Part shown: piece by piece, positions 8,938 through 19,117 of the stretch | How the letters are laid out: each line of letters opens with the position of its first letter | Position numbering within the stretch: position 1 is the stretch's first letter | DNA from: an uncultured Clostridium sp. | Lineage (GTDB): Bacteria; Bacillota; Clostridia; TANB77; CAG-508 | Length of the DNA: 64,000 nucleotides | Direction: 5' to 3' | Assembly (NCBI GenBank): GCA_948436025.1 | Contig: CAOJHH010000001.1 | Span: 2,921-66,920, forward strand | Notes under the pieces: model-generated | Database searches by the model: none | Told to the model about the DNA's origin: nothing | The model's input: only the letters and a program-made list of their open reading frames with translations | Translations under genes and position numbers: made by a program

Positions 8938-10905
8938 ATGAACTTAGAAGGTAGATTAATTGCAAACCGATATGAAATTATTGAAAATGTAGGAAATGGT
9001 GGAATGGCTACCGTATACCGAGCAAAAGACCATATACTAAACCGTTTTGTGGCAGTAAAAATTCTAAAAGACGAATTTACAACCGATGACGAATTTATTA
9101 AACGATTTCGTTCAGAAGCACAAGCAGTAGCAAGCTTAAACCATCCTAATATTGTAGGAGTATATGATGTAGGAAACGAAGGAAACCTATATTATATTGT
9201 GATGGAATTAATTCAAGGAAAAACCCTAAAAGAAGTGATTAGTTTAGAAGGAAAGCTTTCTTGGAAATGGTCGGTAAATGTTGCCATTCAAATTGCGTCT
9301 GCCTTAGAAACTGCTCATAAAAATAATATTGTTCATAGAGATATAAAACCACATAACATCATCATTACTGAAGAAGGAATTGCCAAAGTAACCGATTTTG
9401 GAATTGCCAAAGCGGTATCCAATTCTACAATTACCGCCTTTGGTACTACCATTGGTTCGGTACACTATTTTTCACCAGAGCATGCAAGAGGTGGATTTAC
9501 CGATGCCAAATCGGACTTATATTCATTAGGTGTGGTAATGTATGAAATGCTAACAGGAAAAGTGCCATTTGATGCCGATACTCCAGTATCGATTGCATTA
9601 ATGCATATGCAACAACAAGCAACACAGCCCATTGTATTAAACCCTACTATACCAAGCTCTGTGAATAAAATTGTAATAAAAGCAATGCAAAAAGATGCGA
9701 ATTTACGTTATCAAAGTGCCTCTGAAATGCTAAAAGATTTAAACATGTCTTTAAAAAATCCAGATGGAAATTTTGTGTTTATGAAAGATATGGAAGGGGA
9801 TTTTCCAACGCAAAAAATACCAACCATGTATGATGAGGAAATCAGTAAAGAAAATCCAGAAAAAAAGGGTCAAAATAAAAAGAAAGAAAGTTTTATTAAA
9901 AAACATAAAGTATTATCTTTTACCATAGGAGCATTTTTGTTATTTTTCCTAACCCTAGGAATTACGTATGGTGGGCTAAAATTAACACAGGTAAAAGAAG
10001 TAGAACTTCCTAATTTAGCGGGACTTACCAAGGAAGAAGCAAAGAAAAAAGTAGAAGATGCAAAATTGGTTTGGGTAGAGCTAGAACCACAATTTAGCCC
10101 AGAAATACCAGAAGGAAGTATTATTAGCCAAGACCCAAGTTATATGGAAAACTTTAAAGTAAAAGAAAAATCAGAAGTAAAAGTTGTCATTAGTAAAGGA
10201 CAAGATTTAACCATTGTACCAAAAGTGGTAGGAAAGACCAAAGAAGAAGCAATTACAGCATTACAAGAGGCAAATTTACTATATGAAGTAGTAGAAGAAA
10301 CCAGTAAAACCGTAGAAGAAGGCTATGTTATAAGCCAAGAAACCGAAGCCAATAAGCAAGTAAATGCAGGAGAAACCATCAAAATTCATGTAAGCATTGG
10401 AACAGGAATTGAACAAGTAGATGTACCAAATGTACTAGGAAAAACCGAAGCAGAGGCAAAAAGATTATTAACCGATGCCAAATTAAAAGTAGAAGTACTA
10501 TATGAAGAAAATAAATCAAACGAAACTGGAAAAGTACTAAAACAAAGCATCGAAAGCGGAAAAACCGTAGATGTGGAGACAACCGTAGTGATTACAGTAA
10601 ATAAAATCATAGAAACAAAAACAGCAACTATTACAATAGATTTAAAATCCATCACAGGAGGCTATAAGGAACCAGCTGACACAAATACAGTAGGAGAAAT
10701 TAAGAAAACAGCCAAAGTCGTTATAAAAGTGGATGGAAAAAGTATAAGCGAAGACCCTAGTGTAGACAAAAATAAAACAATCAAACAACAAGTAACAGGA
10801 ACAGGAAGTGTATTAATTGAAATTGAAATAACAGATGAAAAAGGTACAACAAAAAGAACCCATACATTAGATTTAACAAAAGAAACAGCGTATACGTTTC
10901 AATAA
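8938..10905 (+). CDS. prkC: Ser/Thr protein kinase with PASTA repeats
   Basis: Kinase motifs HRDIKPHNIII and DFGIA. A TM segment, then repeated PASTA-like units. Start taken at ATG 8938 (MNLEGRLIANRYEI). Confidence 0.88.
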   Translation: MNLEGRLIANRYEIIENVGNGGMATVYRAKDHILNRFVAVKILKDEFTTDDEFIKRFRSEAQAVASLNHPNIVGVYDVGNEGNLYYIVMELIQGKTLKEVISLEGKLSWKWSVNVAIQIASALETAHKNNIVHRDIKPHNIIITEEGIAKVTDFGIAKAVSNSTITAFGTTIGSVHYFSPEHARGGFTDAKSDLYSLGVVMYEMLTGKVPFDADTPVSIALMHMQQQATQPIVLNPTIPSSVNKIVIKAMQKDANLRYQSASEMLKDLNMSLKNPDGNFVFMKDMEGDFPTQKIPTMYDEEISKENPEKKGQNKKKESFIKKHKVLSFTIGAFLLFFLTLGITYGGLKLTQVKEVELPNLAGLTKEEAKKKVEDAKLVWVELEPQFSPEIPEGSIISQDPSYMENFKVKEKSEVKVVISKGQDLTIVPKVVGKTKEEAITALQEANLLYEVVEETSKTVEEGYVISQETEANKQVNAGETIKIHVSIGTGIEQVDVPNVLGKTEAEAKRLLTDAKLKVEVLYEENKSNETGKVLKQSIESGKTVDVETTVVITVNKIIETKTATITIDLKSITGGYKEPADTNTVGEIKKTAKVVIKVDGKSISEDPSVDKNKTIKQQVTGTGSVLIEIEITDEKGTTKRTHTLDLTKETAYTFQ

Positions 10906-10916
10906 AGATAAAAGTT

Positions 10917-10972
10917 AAAATAATTACAGTTCAAGCAACAAGGTTAACTTGAACTGTAATTATTTCTAATTG
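10917..10972 (+). terminator. rho-independent terminator after prkC
   Basis: 15-bp stem TAATTACAGTTCAAG / CTTGAACTGTAATTA, then TTTCT. Confidence 0.6.
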
Positions 10973-11386
10973 CCAAAAGAAGTATTGCATAAAAAGCGAA
11001 ATATGTTACATTATACCAAGAAAGGAAGTGAAACTACATGATAAGTGTATGTGAGTTAAAACTAAATATGGAAGAAGAATTGGGAATGAAGCATTATGAC
11101 TAAAAAACTAATTCTATCCGATGATTTTTTTTAAACAATCACTTTGATCAAGAAGCAAGATTTATACTTTTTCAGTAATTTTATCAACAAATTCTATTAA
11201 AAATTGAAAATTTAAAGATATTTCCTAAAATGTACCCTTAAATTCAAACTAATCTATATCCAAAACAATATCGAAAAATTCCAATTAAGAAGTACATTAT
11301 TTTATATAAAGTCGAATGTGATCGTATATACATAGACAGCATTATTTCAACAAAATCCCAAAAAACAAATTTTAAAAATTAAATAT

Positions 11387-11416
11387 TTGCTGTTCCATAT
11401 TTTACTTTGGTATGAT
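11387..11416 (+). promoter_or_regulatory. candidate polC promoter (TTGCTG-18-TGgTATGAT extended -10)
   Basis: Spacing and extended TG motif read from sequence. It follows a 540-nt AT-rich non-coding region. Confidence 0.35.
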
Positions 11417-11450
11417 ACAATAAGTCATAGTATTAAGGGAGGCAGAAAAA

Positions 11451-14400
11451 ATGGCACAAAGTATGAAAACAGTAGAAGAAATCTTTGGTGATTATCCTGT
11501 AGAAACCAAAATAAAGAACGCAAGTATTGTAAAAATAAATCTATTTAAAAAAAGCAATAAATTAGAATTAGATTTGCTTTCAAAAGAGTATGTAACTCCT
11601 AGAGAATTATTAGAATTTGAGAAATATTTAAAAGAGCGTTTTGCAATTGAAAATATCGAAATAAGTGTGCAATATGAAGAAGAAACCGTAATTCCTAGTA
11701 TCCAGCAAGAATGGAAGCAAATTGTAAAATATATGGCACATAAATACCCATTTACCGAATTTTTATTACATAATAGCCGTGTTTGTATACAAGAAAATAA
11801 AGTAGTGGTTAGTTTAGCTGTAAAAGGAGCCGATTTTTTAGTGGCAAGAGGATTTGATAAAGCCTTAGAAAAAACACTAAAAGGCTTGTATGCCAAGAGA
11901 TATAAAGTAACCTATGTGGAAAATTTGCAAGAAGAAGACATGAAGAAAATAGAGCAAAAATGCAAACTTACCGAGAAATATGAAATTGAAAAAGCAATTA
12001 GTGAAATAGGAGTAGAAGAGGAAGTAGGAGAAAACGAAGAAAAGGAAAATGAAGAAGCGAATTTGCCAAAAGAAGAACAACCACCACTTCCAGAAGAACC
12101 AATAGAAAGAACCCCATTAATTTTAGGAAGAAATGCCAACATTAAAGATACCCTTGTAAAAATAGACGATATTTCTATCGATAGTGGTAAAATTGCCTTA
12201 GAAGGGGAAATTATTAAAATCGATTCAAGACCACTAAAAAATGGAAAGCTTTTAGTGTTATTTGATGTATATGACGAAAGTAGTACCATTACCTGTAAGG
12301 CATTTGTAGAGGAAGCAAAAGCAAGTGAAGTATTAGCAAGGTTAGAAGAAGCAAAAGCAGTAAGACTTAGTGGAACTGCTCAGTTTGACCCATATGCAAA
12401 AGAAATTGGTGTAATTGCCAATGTCATTGTAGAAACACCACCCAAGAAAAAGCAAGAACGAATGGACCGTGCAGAAGAGAAACGTGTGGAATTACACATG
12501 CATACCAAGATGAGCCAAATGGATGGTATGACATCTGCTACCGATTTAATAAAAAGAGCAATGAAGTGGGGATGGAAATCCATTGCAATTACAGACCATG
12601 GAGTAGTACAAGCTTTCCCAGAAGCACATAAGTTACTAGGTAGAGATAACCCAGATATGAAGATTATTTATGGAGTAGAAGCCTATTTGGTACCAGATAA
12701 AACTCCAAGTGTATCTTTCCCAAAGAACCAAAATATCGATACCGAATATTGTGTGTTAGATATTGAAACCACAGGACTTTCTTTTCGTACGGAAAAAATA
12801 ACGGAGTTAGGAGCCGTAAAATACAAAAATGGCGAAATAGTAGAAGAATTTGAATGCTTTGTAAACCCAGAAAAGCCAATTCCAGAAGATGTGGTAACCA
12901 TTACCCATATTACAGATGAGATGGTAAAAGAGGCAGGAACGATTGAAGAGGTATTGCCAAAGTTTTTAGAATTTATAGGAGATAGTGTTATTGTTGCTCA
13001 TAATGCGGATTTCGATGTAGGGTTTATTAAATACAATGCACAACTCTTAGGGTATAAATTAGAAAATACCTATATTGATACTCTTCGTTTAGCAAAAGAT
13101 TTATTTCCAGATTATAAGAAATACAAATTAGGAATCATTGCCGAAAAGCTAGGAATAAAAGTAGAAGTCGCACACCGTGCCTTAGATGATGTTATGACAT
13201 TAGTTAAGGTATTTCAAGTGATGCTTGATATGCTAAAAGAAAAAGGTGCAAAAGTCATAGAAGATATTGATAAACTAGAAGAAGGACAAGCAGATTTTAA
13301 AAAACTACCAACCTATCATGCTATTATACTAGCCCAAAATTATGTGGGACTAAAGAACTTATATAAACTAATTTCTTATTCTCATTTAGATTACTTTTAT
13401 AAAAAACCAAGAATTTTGAAATCATTATATAAAGAATATTCAGAGGGGCTTATTTTAGGAAGTGCCTGTGAGGCAGGAGAATTATACCGTGCGATTGTAG
13501 CAGGAAAATCGGAAGAAGAAATAGAACAAATTGCAAAAGATTATGATTATTTAGAAATTCAACCAATTGGAAACAATATGTTTATGGTACGAAACGGAAC
13601 GGTTCCAGACGAAAAAGCCTTAGAAGATATTAATAAACGAATTGTTGCTTTGGGAGAAAAACTAGGTAAATTAGTGGTTGCTACTTGTGATGTTCACTTT
13701 ATGGATCCACAAGACGAAGTATATAGAAGGATTTTAATGGCAGGGCAAGGCTATGATGATGCAGATGAACAAGCACCATTGTATTTAAGAACCACCAATG
13801 AAATGATAGAAGAATTTAAATATTTAGGCTTAGATAAAGCCTATGAGGTAGTTGTTACCAATACCAATAAAATTGCCGATTTATGTGAAAACATTAGCCC
13901 AATATCACCGGAAAAATGCCCACCACATATTGAGGGGTGCGAAAAGCAAATTGAAGATATTGCCATGACAAAAGCAAAAGAATTATATGGAGAAGAGCTT
14001 CCTACTATTGTAAAAGAAAGGTTAGATAAAGAACTACAATCCATTATTAAAAATGGGTTCTCAGTTATGTATATTATTGCACAAAAATTAGTATGGAAAT
14101 CCAATGAAGATGGGTACATTGTAGGTTCCAGAGGTTCGGTAGGGTCCTCATTTGTGGCAAATATGACAGGAATTACAGAGGTAAACTCACTTCCACCACA
14201 TTATCGTTGCCCAAATTGCAAGTATTCCGATTTTACAGATTATGGCTATAAAAATGGGTTTGATTTACCAGATAAAGAGTGTCCAAAATGTGGGCATAAG
14301 TTAGATAAAGACGGAATGAACATTCCATTTGAAACCTTCCTTGGCTTTAATGGAGATAAAGAACCAGATATCGACTTAAACTTCTCCGGAGATTACCAAG

Positions 14401-15803
14401 CAAAAGCCCATAGGTACACAGAGGTTATTTTTGGAAAAGGAACTACCTTTAAAGCAGGAACGGTAGGAACCGTTGCTGATAAAACAGCAGAAGCGTTTGT
14501 CAGAAAATATTTTGAAGAAAGACAAGCACCAGTAAATAGTGCAGAGGTTACTCGTCTTGCCAAAGGGTGTACGGGAATTAAAAGAACCACAGGGCAGCAT
14601 CCAGGAGGAATTATTGTTGTACCAAAGGGAAGAGAAATTTATGAATTTTGCCCAATACAACATCCAGCGGATGACCCAAAATCGGATATTGTTACCACCC
14701 ATTTTGATTACCACTCCATTGACCAAAACTTGTTAAAACTAGATATACTAGGGCACGATGATCCGACGGTTATTCGTATGTTACAAGATACTACTGGAAT
14801 TGACCCTACGAAAGTACCCTTGGATGATAAAGAAACAATGTCGATTTTTTCTTCTACCGAAGCATTAGGAGTAACACCAGAACAAATCCATTCCGAAGTA
14901 GGAAGCTTTGGTGTTCCAGAATTTGGAACGAAATTTGTTCGAGGAATGTTATTAGATACCAAGCCAAAAACCTTTGATGAACTAATTCGTATTTCTGGTT
15001 TGTCGCATGGTACGGATGTATGGTTAGGAAATGCTCAAACGTTAATTGAACAAGGAATTACCACACTAGACCAAGCTATTTGTTGTAGGGATGATATTAT
15101 GACTTATCTAATGAGCAAAGGCTTAGAACCAAACCCAAGCTTTAAAATAATGGAGCTTGTACGTAAAGGAAAAGCGCTAAAAGACCCAGCTAAATGGGCG
15201 GAATATGTAAGTATGATGAAAGAGCATGAGGTACCAGAATGGTATATTAAATCTTGCGAAAAAATACAGTACATGTTCCCAAAGGCCCATGCTGCAGCCT
15301 ATGTAACCAATGCTTTTCGTATTGCATGGTTTAAAGTACATAAACCACTTGCCTATTATGCAGCCTATTTTTCCATTCGTGCCAAGGCATTTGATAGTGA
15401 AATCATGTGCCATGGAAAAGAAAGAGTCAAAAACAAAATGAAAGAGATTGAATTACTAGGAAATGCAATGACCAAAAAAGACGAAGAAATGTACGAGGCA
15501 TTAGAAATTGTATGGGAAATGTACGAAAGAGGTTTTCAATTCTTGCCAATCGACTTATACCATTCCCACTCCAAAAATTTTCTAATTGAAGAAGATAAAA
15601 TAAGACCACCACTAACCAGTATTGCAGGTTTAGGAGGAGTAGCAGCAGACAGCATCATAGAGGCAAGAAAAGACGGAAAATTTATGTCCATAGACGACCT
15701 GAAAATCCGTTCCAAAGCAGGAAAAGCCGTTATCGAAATGCTAGCAAATGCAGGATGCCTAGACGGCATGAGTCAAAGTAATCAAATGAGTTTGTTTGGA
15801 TAA
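11451..15803 (+). CDS. polC: DNA polymerase III, PolC type
   Basis: 1450 aa. Internal DnaQ-like exonuclease (CVLDIETTGLS...HNADFDVGF), PHP domain (HMHTKMSQMDG) and a polymerase core. Typical Gram-positive PolC. Confidence 0.95.
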   Translation: MAQSMKTVEEIFGDYPVETKIKNASIVKINLFKKSNKLELDLLSKEYVTPRELLEFEKYLKERFAIENIEISVQYEEETVIPSIQQEWKQIVKYMAHKYPFTEFLLHNSRVCIQENKVVVSLAVKGADFLVARGFDKALEKTLKGLYAKRYKVTYVENLQEEDMKKIEQKCKLTEKYEIEKAISEIGVEEEVGENEEKENEEANLPKEEQPPLPEEPIERTPLILGRNANIKDTLVKIDDISIDSGKIALEGEIIKIDSRPLKNGKLLVLFDVYDESSTITCKAFVEEAKASEVLARLEEAKAVRLSGTAQFDPYAKEIGVIANVIVETPPKKKQERMDRAEEKRVELHMHTKMSQMDGMTSATDLIKRAMKWGWKSIAITDHGVVQAFPEAHKLLGRDNPDMKIIYGVEAYLVPDKTPSVSFPKNQNIDTEYCVLDIETTGLSFRTEKITELGAVKYKNGEIVEEFECFVNPEKPIPEDVVTITHITDEMVKEAGTIEEVLPKFLEFIGDSVIVAHNADFDVGFIKYNAQLLGYKLENTYIDTLRLAKDLFPDYKKYKLGIIAEKLGIKVEVAHRALDDVMTLVKVFQVMLDMLKEKGAKVIEDIDKLEEGQADFKKLPTYHAIILAQNYVGLKNLYKLISYSHLDYFYKKPRILKSLYKEYSEGLILGSACEAGELYRAIVAGKSEEEIEQIAKDYDYLEIQPIGNNMFMVRNGTVPDEKALEDINKRIVALGEKLGKLVVATCDVHFMDPQDEVYRRILMAGQGYDDADEQAPLYLRTTNEMIEEFKYLGLDKAYEVVVTNTNKIADLCENISPISPEKCPPHIEGCEKQIEDIAMTKAKELYGEELPTIVKERLDKELQSIIKNGFSVMYIIAQKLVWKSNEDGYIVGSRGSVGSSFVANMTGITEVNSLPPHYRCPNCKYSDFTDYGYKNGFDLPDKECPKCGHKLDKDGMNIPFETFLGFNGDKEPDIDLNFSGDYQAKAHRYTEVIFGKGTTFKAGTVGTVADKTAEAFVRKYFEERQAPVNSAEVTRLAKGCTGIKRTTGQHPGGIIVVPKGREIYEFCPIQHPADDPKSDIVTTHFDYHSIDQNLLKLDILGHDDPTVIRMLQDTTGIDPTKVPLDDKETMSIFSSTEALGVTPEQIHSEVGSFGVPEFGTKFVRGMLLDTKPKTFDELIRISGLSHGTDVWLGNAQTLIEQGITTLDQAICCRDDIMTYLMSKGLEPNPSFKIMELVRKGKALKDPAKWAEYVSMMKEHEVPEWYIKSCEKIQYMFPKAHAAAYVTNAFRIAWFKVHKPLAYYAAYFSIRAKAFDSEIMCHGKERVKNKMKEIELLGNAMTKKDEEMYEALEIVWEMYERGFQFLPIDLYHSHSKNFLIEEDKIRPPLTSIAGLGGVAADSIIEARKDGKFMSIDDLKIRSKAGKAVIEMLANAGCLDGMSQSNQMSLFG

Positions 15804-15804
15804 A

Positions 15805-15832
15805 TTGACAAAATCGGTATAACATTATATAA
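15805..15832 (+). promoter_or_regulatory. sigma-A type promoter (TTGACA-16-TATAAT)
   Basis: Read directly, upstream of the 15879 gene. Confidence 0.45.
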
Positions 15833-15878
15833 TAAGCAGGTAACATAAAACAAGAAAGTGATGCAGGAGGAAAAACGT

Positions 15879-16289
15879 ATGAAAAAAGAAAGCATGCAAA
15901 AGGATGAAAATGCATTTATCTGGATTAATGCTCTTGTAGAAACTTGTTTAGCAGGTATTATTTTAAAATCAGTTCTTGGATGGACTGATTGGGGAGTATA
16001 TACTGCTGTAATAGCAATCACAAGTTTGCTGGGCGCTTTTTATGGAGTAGCGATTAAGGTAAATGATGAGAAAAATGGTAAAAAAGCTAAATTTCTTAAT
16101 CCTTTTCGGAAGGCAATATGGGTAGAGCTCTTAGTTATGAATAGCTTTACAACGATTGTAGCAGTTTTCTATGCTTGTGTTATTTGTAATGCGGAATGGA
16201 AAACGGTTATAGTATTAGCTTTCATTACAATGTGCTTAACATCGGAAATAGCATATGGACTATTTCCCCTATGGCGTGCAAGCGAGTAA
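15879..16289 (+). CDS. hypothetical small membrane protein
   Basis: Start at ATG 15879 preceded by GCAGGAGG RBS. Three to four hydrophobic segments. Confidence 0.5.
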   Translation: MKKESMQKDENAFIWINALVETCLAGIILKSVLGWTDWGVYTAVIAITSLLGAFYGVAIKVNDEKNGKKAKFLNPFRKAIWVELLVMNSFTTIVAVFYACVICNAEWKTVIVLAFITMCLTSEIAYGLFPLWRASE

Positions 16290-16299
16290 GTTTTATCCA

Positions 16300-16330
16300 A
16301 AAAGGCGGAGTTTTTTCTCCGCCAAAAACT
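16300..16330. terminator. rho-independent terminator (GGCGGAG...CTCCGCC), A-tract upstream and T-tract inside
   Basis: AAAAAGGCGGAGTTTTTTCTCCGCCAAAAAC. Confidence 0.6.
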
Positions 16331-16349
16331 TTAAAAAGGAGAGAGAAAT

Positions 16350-16640
16350 TTGAATATTCAAGAAATTTTTTCAATACAAAATATAGTGATTTATTTAGTA
16401 GTAGTAAACTTAATTGGATTTTTTATTATGTGGTTAGATAAGAGAAAAGCGAGGCATTCGAAATGGAGAATAAAAGAAAATACCTTGTTTTTAGTAGCAG
16501 CCATTGGTGGCGGAATTGGAACCATTGCAGGAATGTATACTTTTCGCCATAAAACACAGAAAGCAAAATTTGTATTTGGATTTCCTGCCATTATTGTGCT
16601 TCAAATTTTAATTGCGATTATGATTATATTTAAAATATGA
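16350..16640 (+). CDS. DUF1294-family small membrane protein
   Basis: WRIKENTL...GGGIGTIAGMYTFRHKTQK matches the DUF1294 signature. Confidence 0.6.
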   Translation: MNIQEIFSIQNIVIYLVVVNLIGFFIMWLDKRKARHSKWRIKENTLFLVAAIGGGIGTIAGMYTFRHKTQKAKFVFGFPAIIVLQILIAIMIIFKI

Positions 16641-16646
16641 AAATGA

Positions 16647-16738
16647 TTGCAAAAATGTGGTAAAACACCAGAAATAGATTGCAAAAGTGTGATAAATTGA
16701 TTAATATACTTTACAAAAATGTGATAAAGGCGTATAAT
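16647..16738 (+). promoter_or_regulatory. three direct repeats of TTRCAAAARTGTGRTAAA (about 31 bp phasing) overlapping a TTACAA-16-TATAAT promoter
   Basis: Copies at about 16648, 16679 and 16711. The last overlaps the -35. Related motif upstream of the paralogous ATPase at 26690-26745. Confidence 0.45.
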
Positions 16739-16786
16739 ATAACATATATTAATATAGAGATAATCGTTCATTTGTAGTAAGAGGAG

Positions 16787-18103
16787 ATGATCAATTTGAA
16801 AAGATTTATATTAGAAGAATTAGTAAAATGGAAAGAGAGTAAATATAGAAAACCATTAATTTTAAAAGGGGCAAGACAAATTGGAAAAACGTATATATTA
16901 AAGAAATTTGGGGAAGAAAATTACAAAGATGTTGCATATTTTAATTTTGATCATGATGAAGATTTATACAATTTATTTGAAAATACAAAAGATCCACAAA
17001 GAATACTGGAACAATTAACATTCTTATATAAAAAAGCAATTCGTCCAAAAGAAACATTAATCATTTTTGATGAAATTCAAGAATGCCCCAATGCATTAAA
17101 TAGTTTAAAATATTTTCAAGAAGAGGCAAATGAATATCATATCGTTTGTGCAGGAAGTTTACTAGGTATTAGATTATCGCATACTTCATTTCCTGTTGGA
17201 AAAGTAGATTTTTTAGAGATGTACCCAATGACATTTAGTGAATTCTTAATAGCAGATAATTGTGAAAACTTAGTAAACTATATGAAATCAATCGAAAAGA
17301 TTGATAAAATACCAGACATATTTTTTAAGAAACTAGAAGAAAAATTGAAGGCATATTTTATGATTGGAGGAATGCCAGAGGCTGTTCAAATTTGGGTAAA
17401 TGAAAAAGATATCGAAATGGTAGACAAGGTGCAAAAAAATATATTAAGAGCGTATGAAAGTGATTTTTCTAAGCATACTGGAAATAGTGAGGCAAATAAA
17501 ATATCTCTAATTTGGAACAGTATACCATCTCAGTTAGCAAAAAAAAACAAAAAATTTTTGTATCAAACGATAAAAGAAGGTGCTAGAGCAAGAGAGTATG
17601 AAGGCGCTTTAAATTGGTTAAATGATGCAAATTTAATTTACAAAACTTATAATGTGACAAAAACAGATTTCCCATTAATTGCATATCATGATTTAAGTTC
17701 TTTTAAGATTTATATGAATGATGTAGGCTTACTTAGAAATATGGCAAATTTAGATAGTAGTATTGTAATTGAAGGGGATAAATTGTTTCAGGAATTTAAA
17801 GGAGCTTTTACTGAAAATTATGTATTAAATATGTTAAATGCTACGTTAGACAAAATTCCAAACTACTTTACTTTTGATAGGCATGAAATTGATTTTGTCA
17901 TTCAATACCGAAATAGGATTATTCCTGTAGAAGTAAAATCAAATAAGTCAACCAACAATATTAGTTTAACAAGATATAATGAAAAATACAATGATGATAT
18001 ATCCATACGATTTTCTATGAATAATTTAACGAAGGATGGAAAATTGATAAATATTCCTTTATTTATGGTAGAGTATTTAGAAAAAATTATAAATTTAAAA
18101 TAA
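16787..18103 (+). CDS. AAA+ ATPase with C-terminal DUF4143 (PD-(D/E)xK-like) domain, paralog 1
   Basis: Walker A GARQIGKT, Walker B IIFDEIQ, C-terminal D...EVK nuclease-like motif. The likely true start is TTG 16796 (LKRFILEELVKW), which aligns with paralog N-termini. Confidence 0.8.
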   Translation: MINLKRFILEELVKWKESKYRKPLILKGARQIGKTYILKKFGEENYKDVAYFNFDHDEDLYNLFENTKDPQRILEQLTFLYKKAIRPKETLIIFDEIQECPNALNSLKYFQEEANEYHIVCAGSLLGIRLSHTSFPVGKVDFLEMYPMTFSEFLIADNCENLVNYMKSIEKIDKIPDIFFKKLEEKLKAYFMIGGMPEAVQIWVNEKDIEMVDKVQKNILRAYESDFSKHTGNSEANKISLIWNSIPSQLAKKNKKFLYQTIKEGARAREYEGALNWLNDANLIYKTYNVTKTDFPLIAYHDLSSFKIYMNDVGLLRNMANLDSSIVIEGDKLFQEFKGAFTENYVLNMLNATLDKIPNYFTFDRHEIDFVIQYRNRIIPVEVKSNKSTNNISLTRYNEKYNDDISIRFSMNNLTKDGKLINIPLFMVEYLEKIINLK

Positions 18104-18167
18104 ATGACCTAAGTTAGTGGCTTTGTCACTTACAAAGAATGGCTATAAAGTTAAAATAAATAGATAA

Positions 18168-18196
18168 GAAAAAACGCTGATAAGGCGTTTTTTCTG
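18168..18196 (+). terminator. rho-independent terminator
   Basis: AAAACGC tgataag GCGTTTT followed by TTTTCT. Confidence 0.5.
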
Positions 18197-18290
18197 GCTT
18201 TTTGTGAGATAGCATAAAAGCAAAGTTCGGTACACATAATGCAGAAGAAAATGTAAAAATAAAAAGGAAAACATAATTTAGAAAAATAAT

Positions 18291-18357
18291 TGTGAATAAA
18301 TTGTGACCAAAAAGTGGCTTGAAATAGTTATTCACACACTTATCCACATTATCCACA
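18291..18357. promoter_or_regulatory. cluster of four DnaA boxes
   Basis: TGTGAATAA (18291-18299, reverse orientation), TTATTCACA (18328-18336), and TTATCCACA twice (18340-18348, 18349-18357). All match TTATNCACA. Confidence 0.5.
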
Positions 18358-18664
18358 TGAAAAAAAGAAGGCAGAAAAACATAAAATCGTAAACAAGATA
18401 GGAAACATAAGACTGAAATTTTGAAATAAAAATGAAATATAACGAACATAAAAGTGTAAAAAAATTGTAATAAAAATTAGTAAAAAGCCTTGTTACTGCA
18501 TAAAAATAAGAAAAAACGACAAAATATGAAAGTAAATACATGACAGATATATGTCAAAATGAAGACAACCAGAATATAATGTAAAGAACCATAAGAAGAA
18601 ATGAGAAAGAAGGTCAAATAATTAACAACAAATTATTTGTACTAATCTGTGCCTTCAGGAAGGA

Positions 18665-19030
18665 ATGAAATTAAATATGAAAATGAAACAAATTACAAAA
18701 GGGATTACAAAAAATTTTTTTCGAGGGATGTTTCGAAGTGATAATCAAATTACGTATGTGGAAGCACGTGATAAAATGAAAAACGAACCTTATGCTATTC
18801 TTTTGGATGTGCGAAGTAAACAAGAATACGATGAATACCATTTAGAGGGTGCCGTTTGTATTCCTACTTATGAATTGGCGAATGCCATATCTAAAATAGC
18901 AATGAGTAAAGAGCAAACCATAATTGCATATTGTCAAAGTGGTGCAAGAAGTAAAAAAGCAGTGAATTTACTAGAAAAAATGGGATATTCGAAGGTATAT
19001 GAATTAGCAGGTGGGATTGATAATCTATAA
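18665..19030 (+). CDS. rhodanese-domain sulfurtransferase
   Basis: Active-site loop CQSGARS. Single rhodanese domain. N-terminal start uncertain. Confidence 0.7.
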   Translation: MKLNMKMKQITKGITKNFFRGMFRSDNQITYVEARDKMKNEPYAILLDVRSKQEYDEYHLEGAVCIPTYELANAISKIAMSKEQTIIAYCQSGARSKKAVNLLEKMGYSKVYELAGGIDNL

Positions 19031-19117
19031 TTTTCGAAAAAGTGTTAAAAATCTCTTGTAAATATTTCGATTATTGATATAATAATACTGTTAAACAATT
19101 AGATAGGAGATGGAGAT

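Noticed and set aside
11039-11104. 21-codon ORF (MISVCELKLNMEEELGMKHYD) upstream of polC
   Set aside because: No RBS and no conservation can be judged. Too short to call.
18126-18541. Two minus-strand ORFs (107 and 69 aa) in the 18.1-18.6 kb gap
   Set aside because: Phe/Leu/Tyr-rich translations typical of AT-rich non-coding DNA. No RBS. The region is better explained as regulatory (DnaA boxes, terminator).
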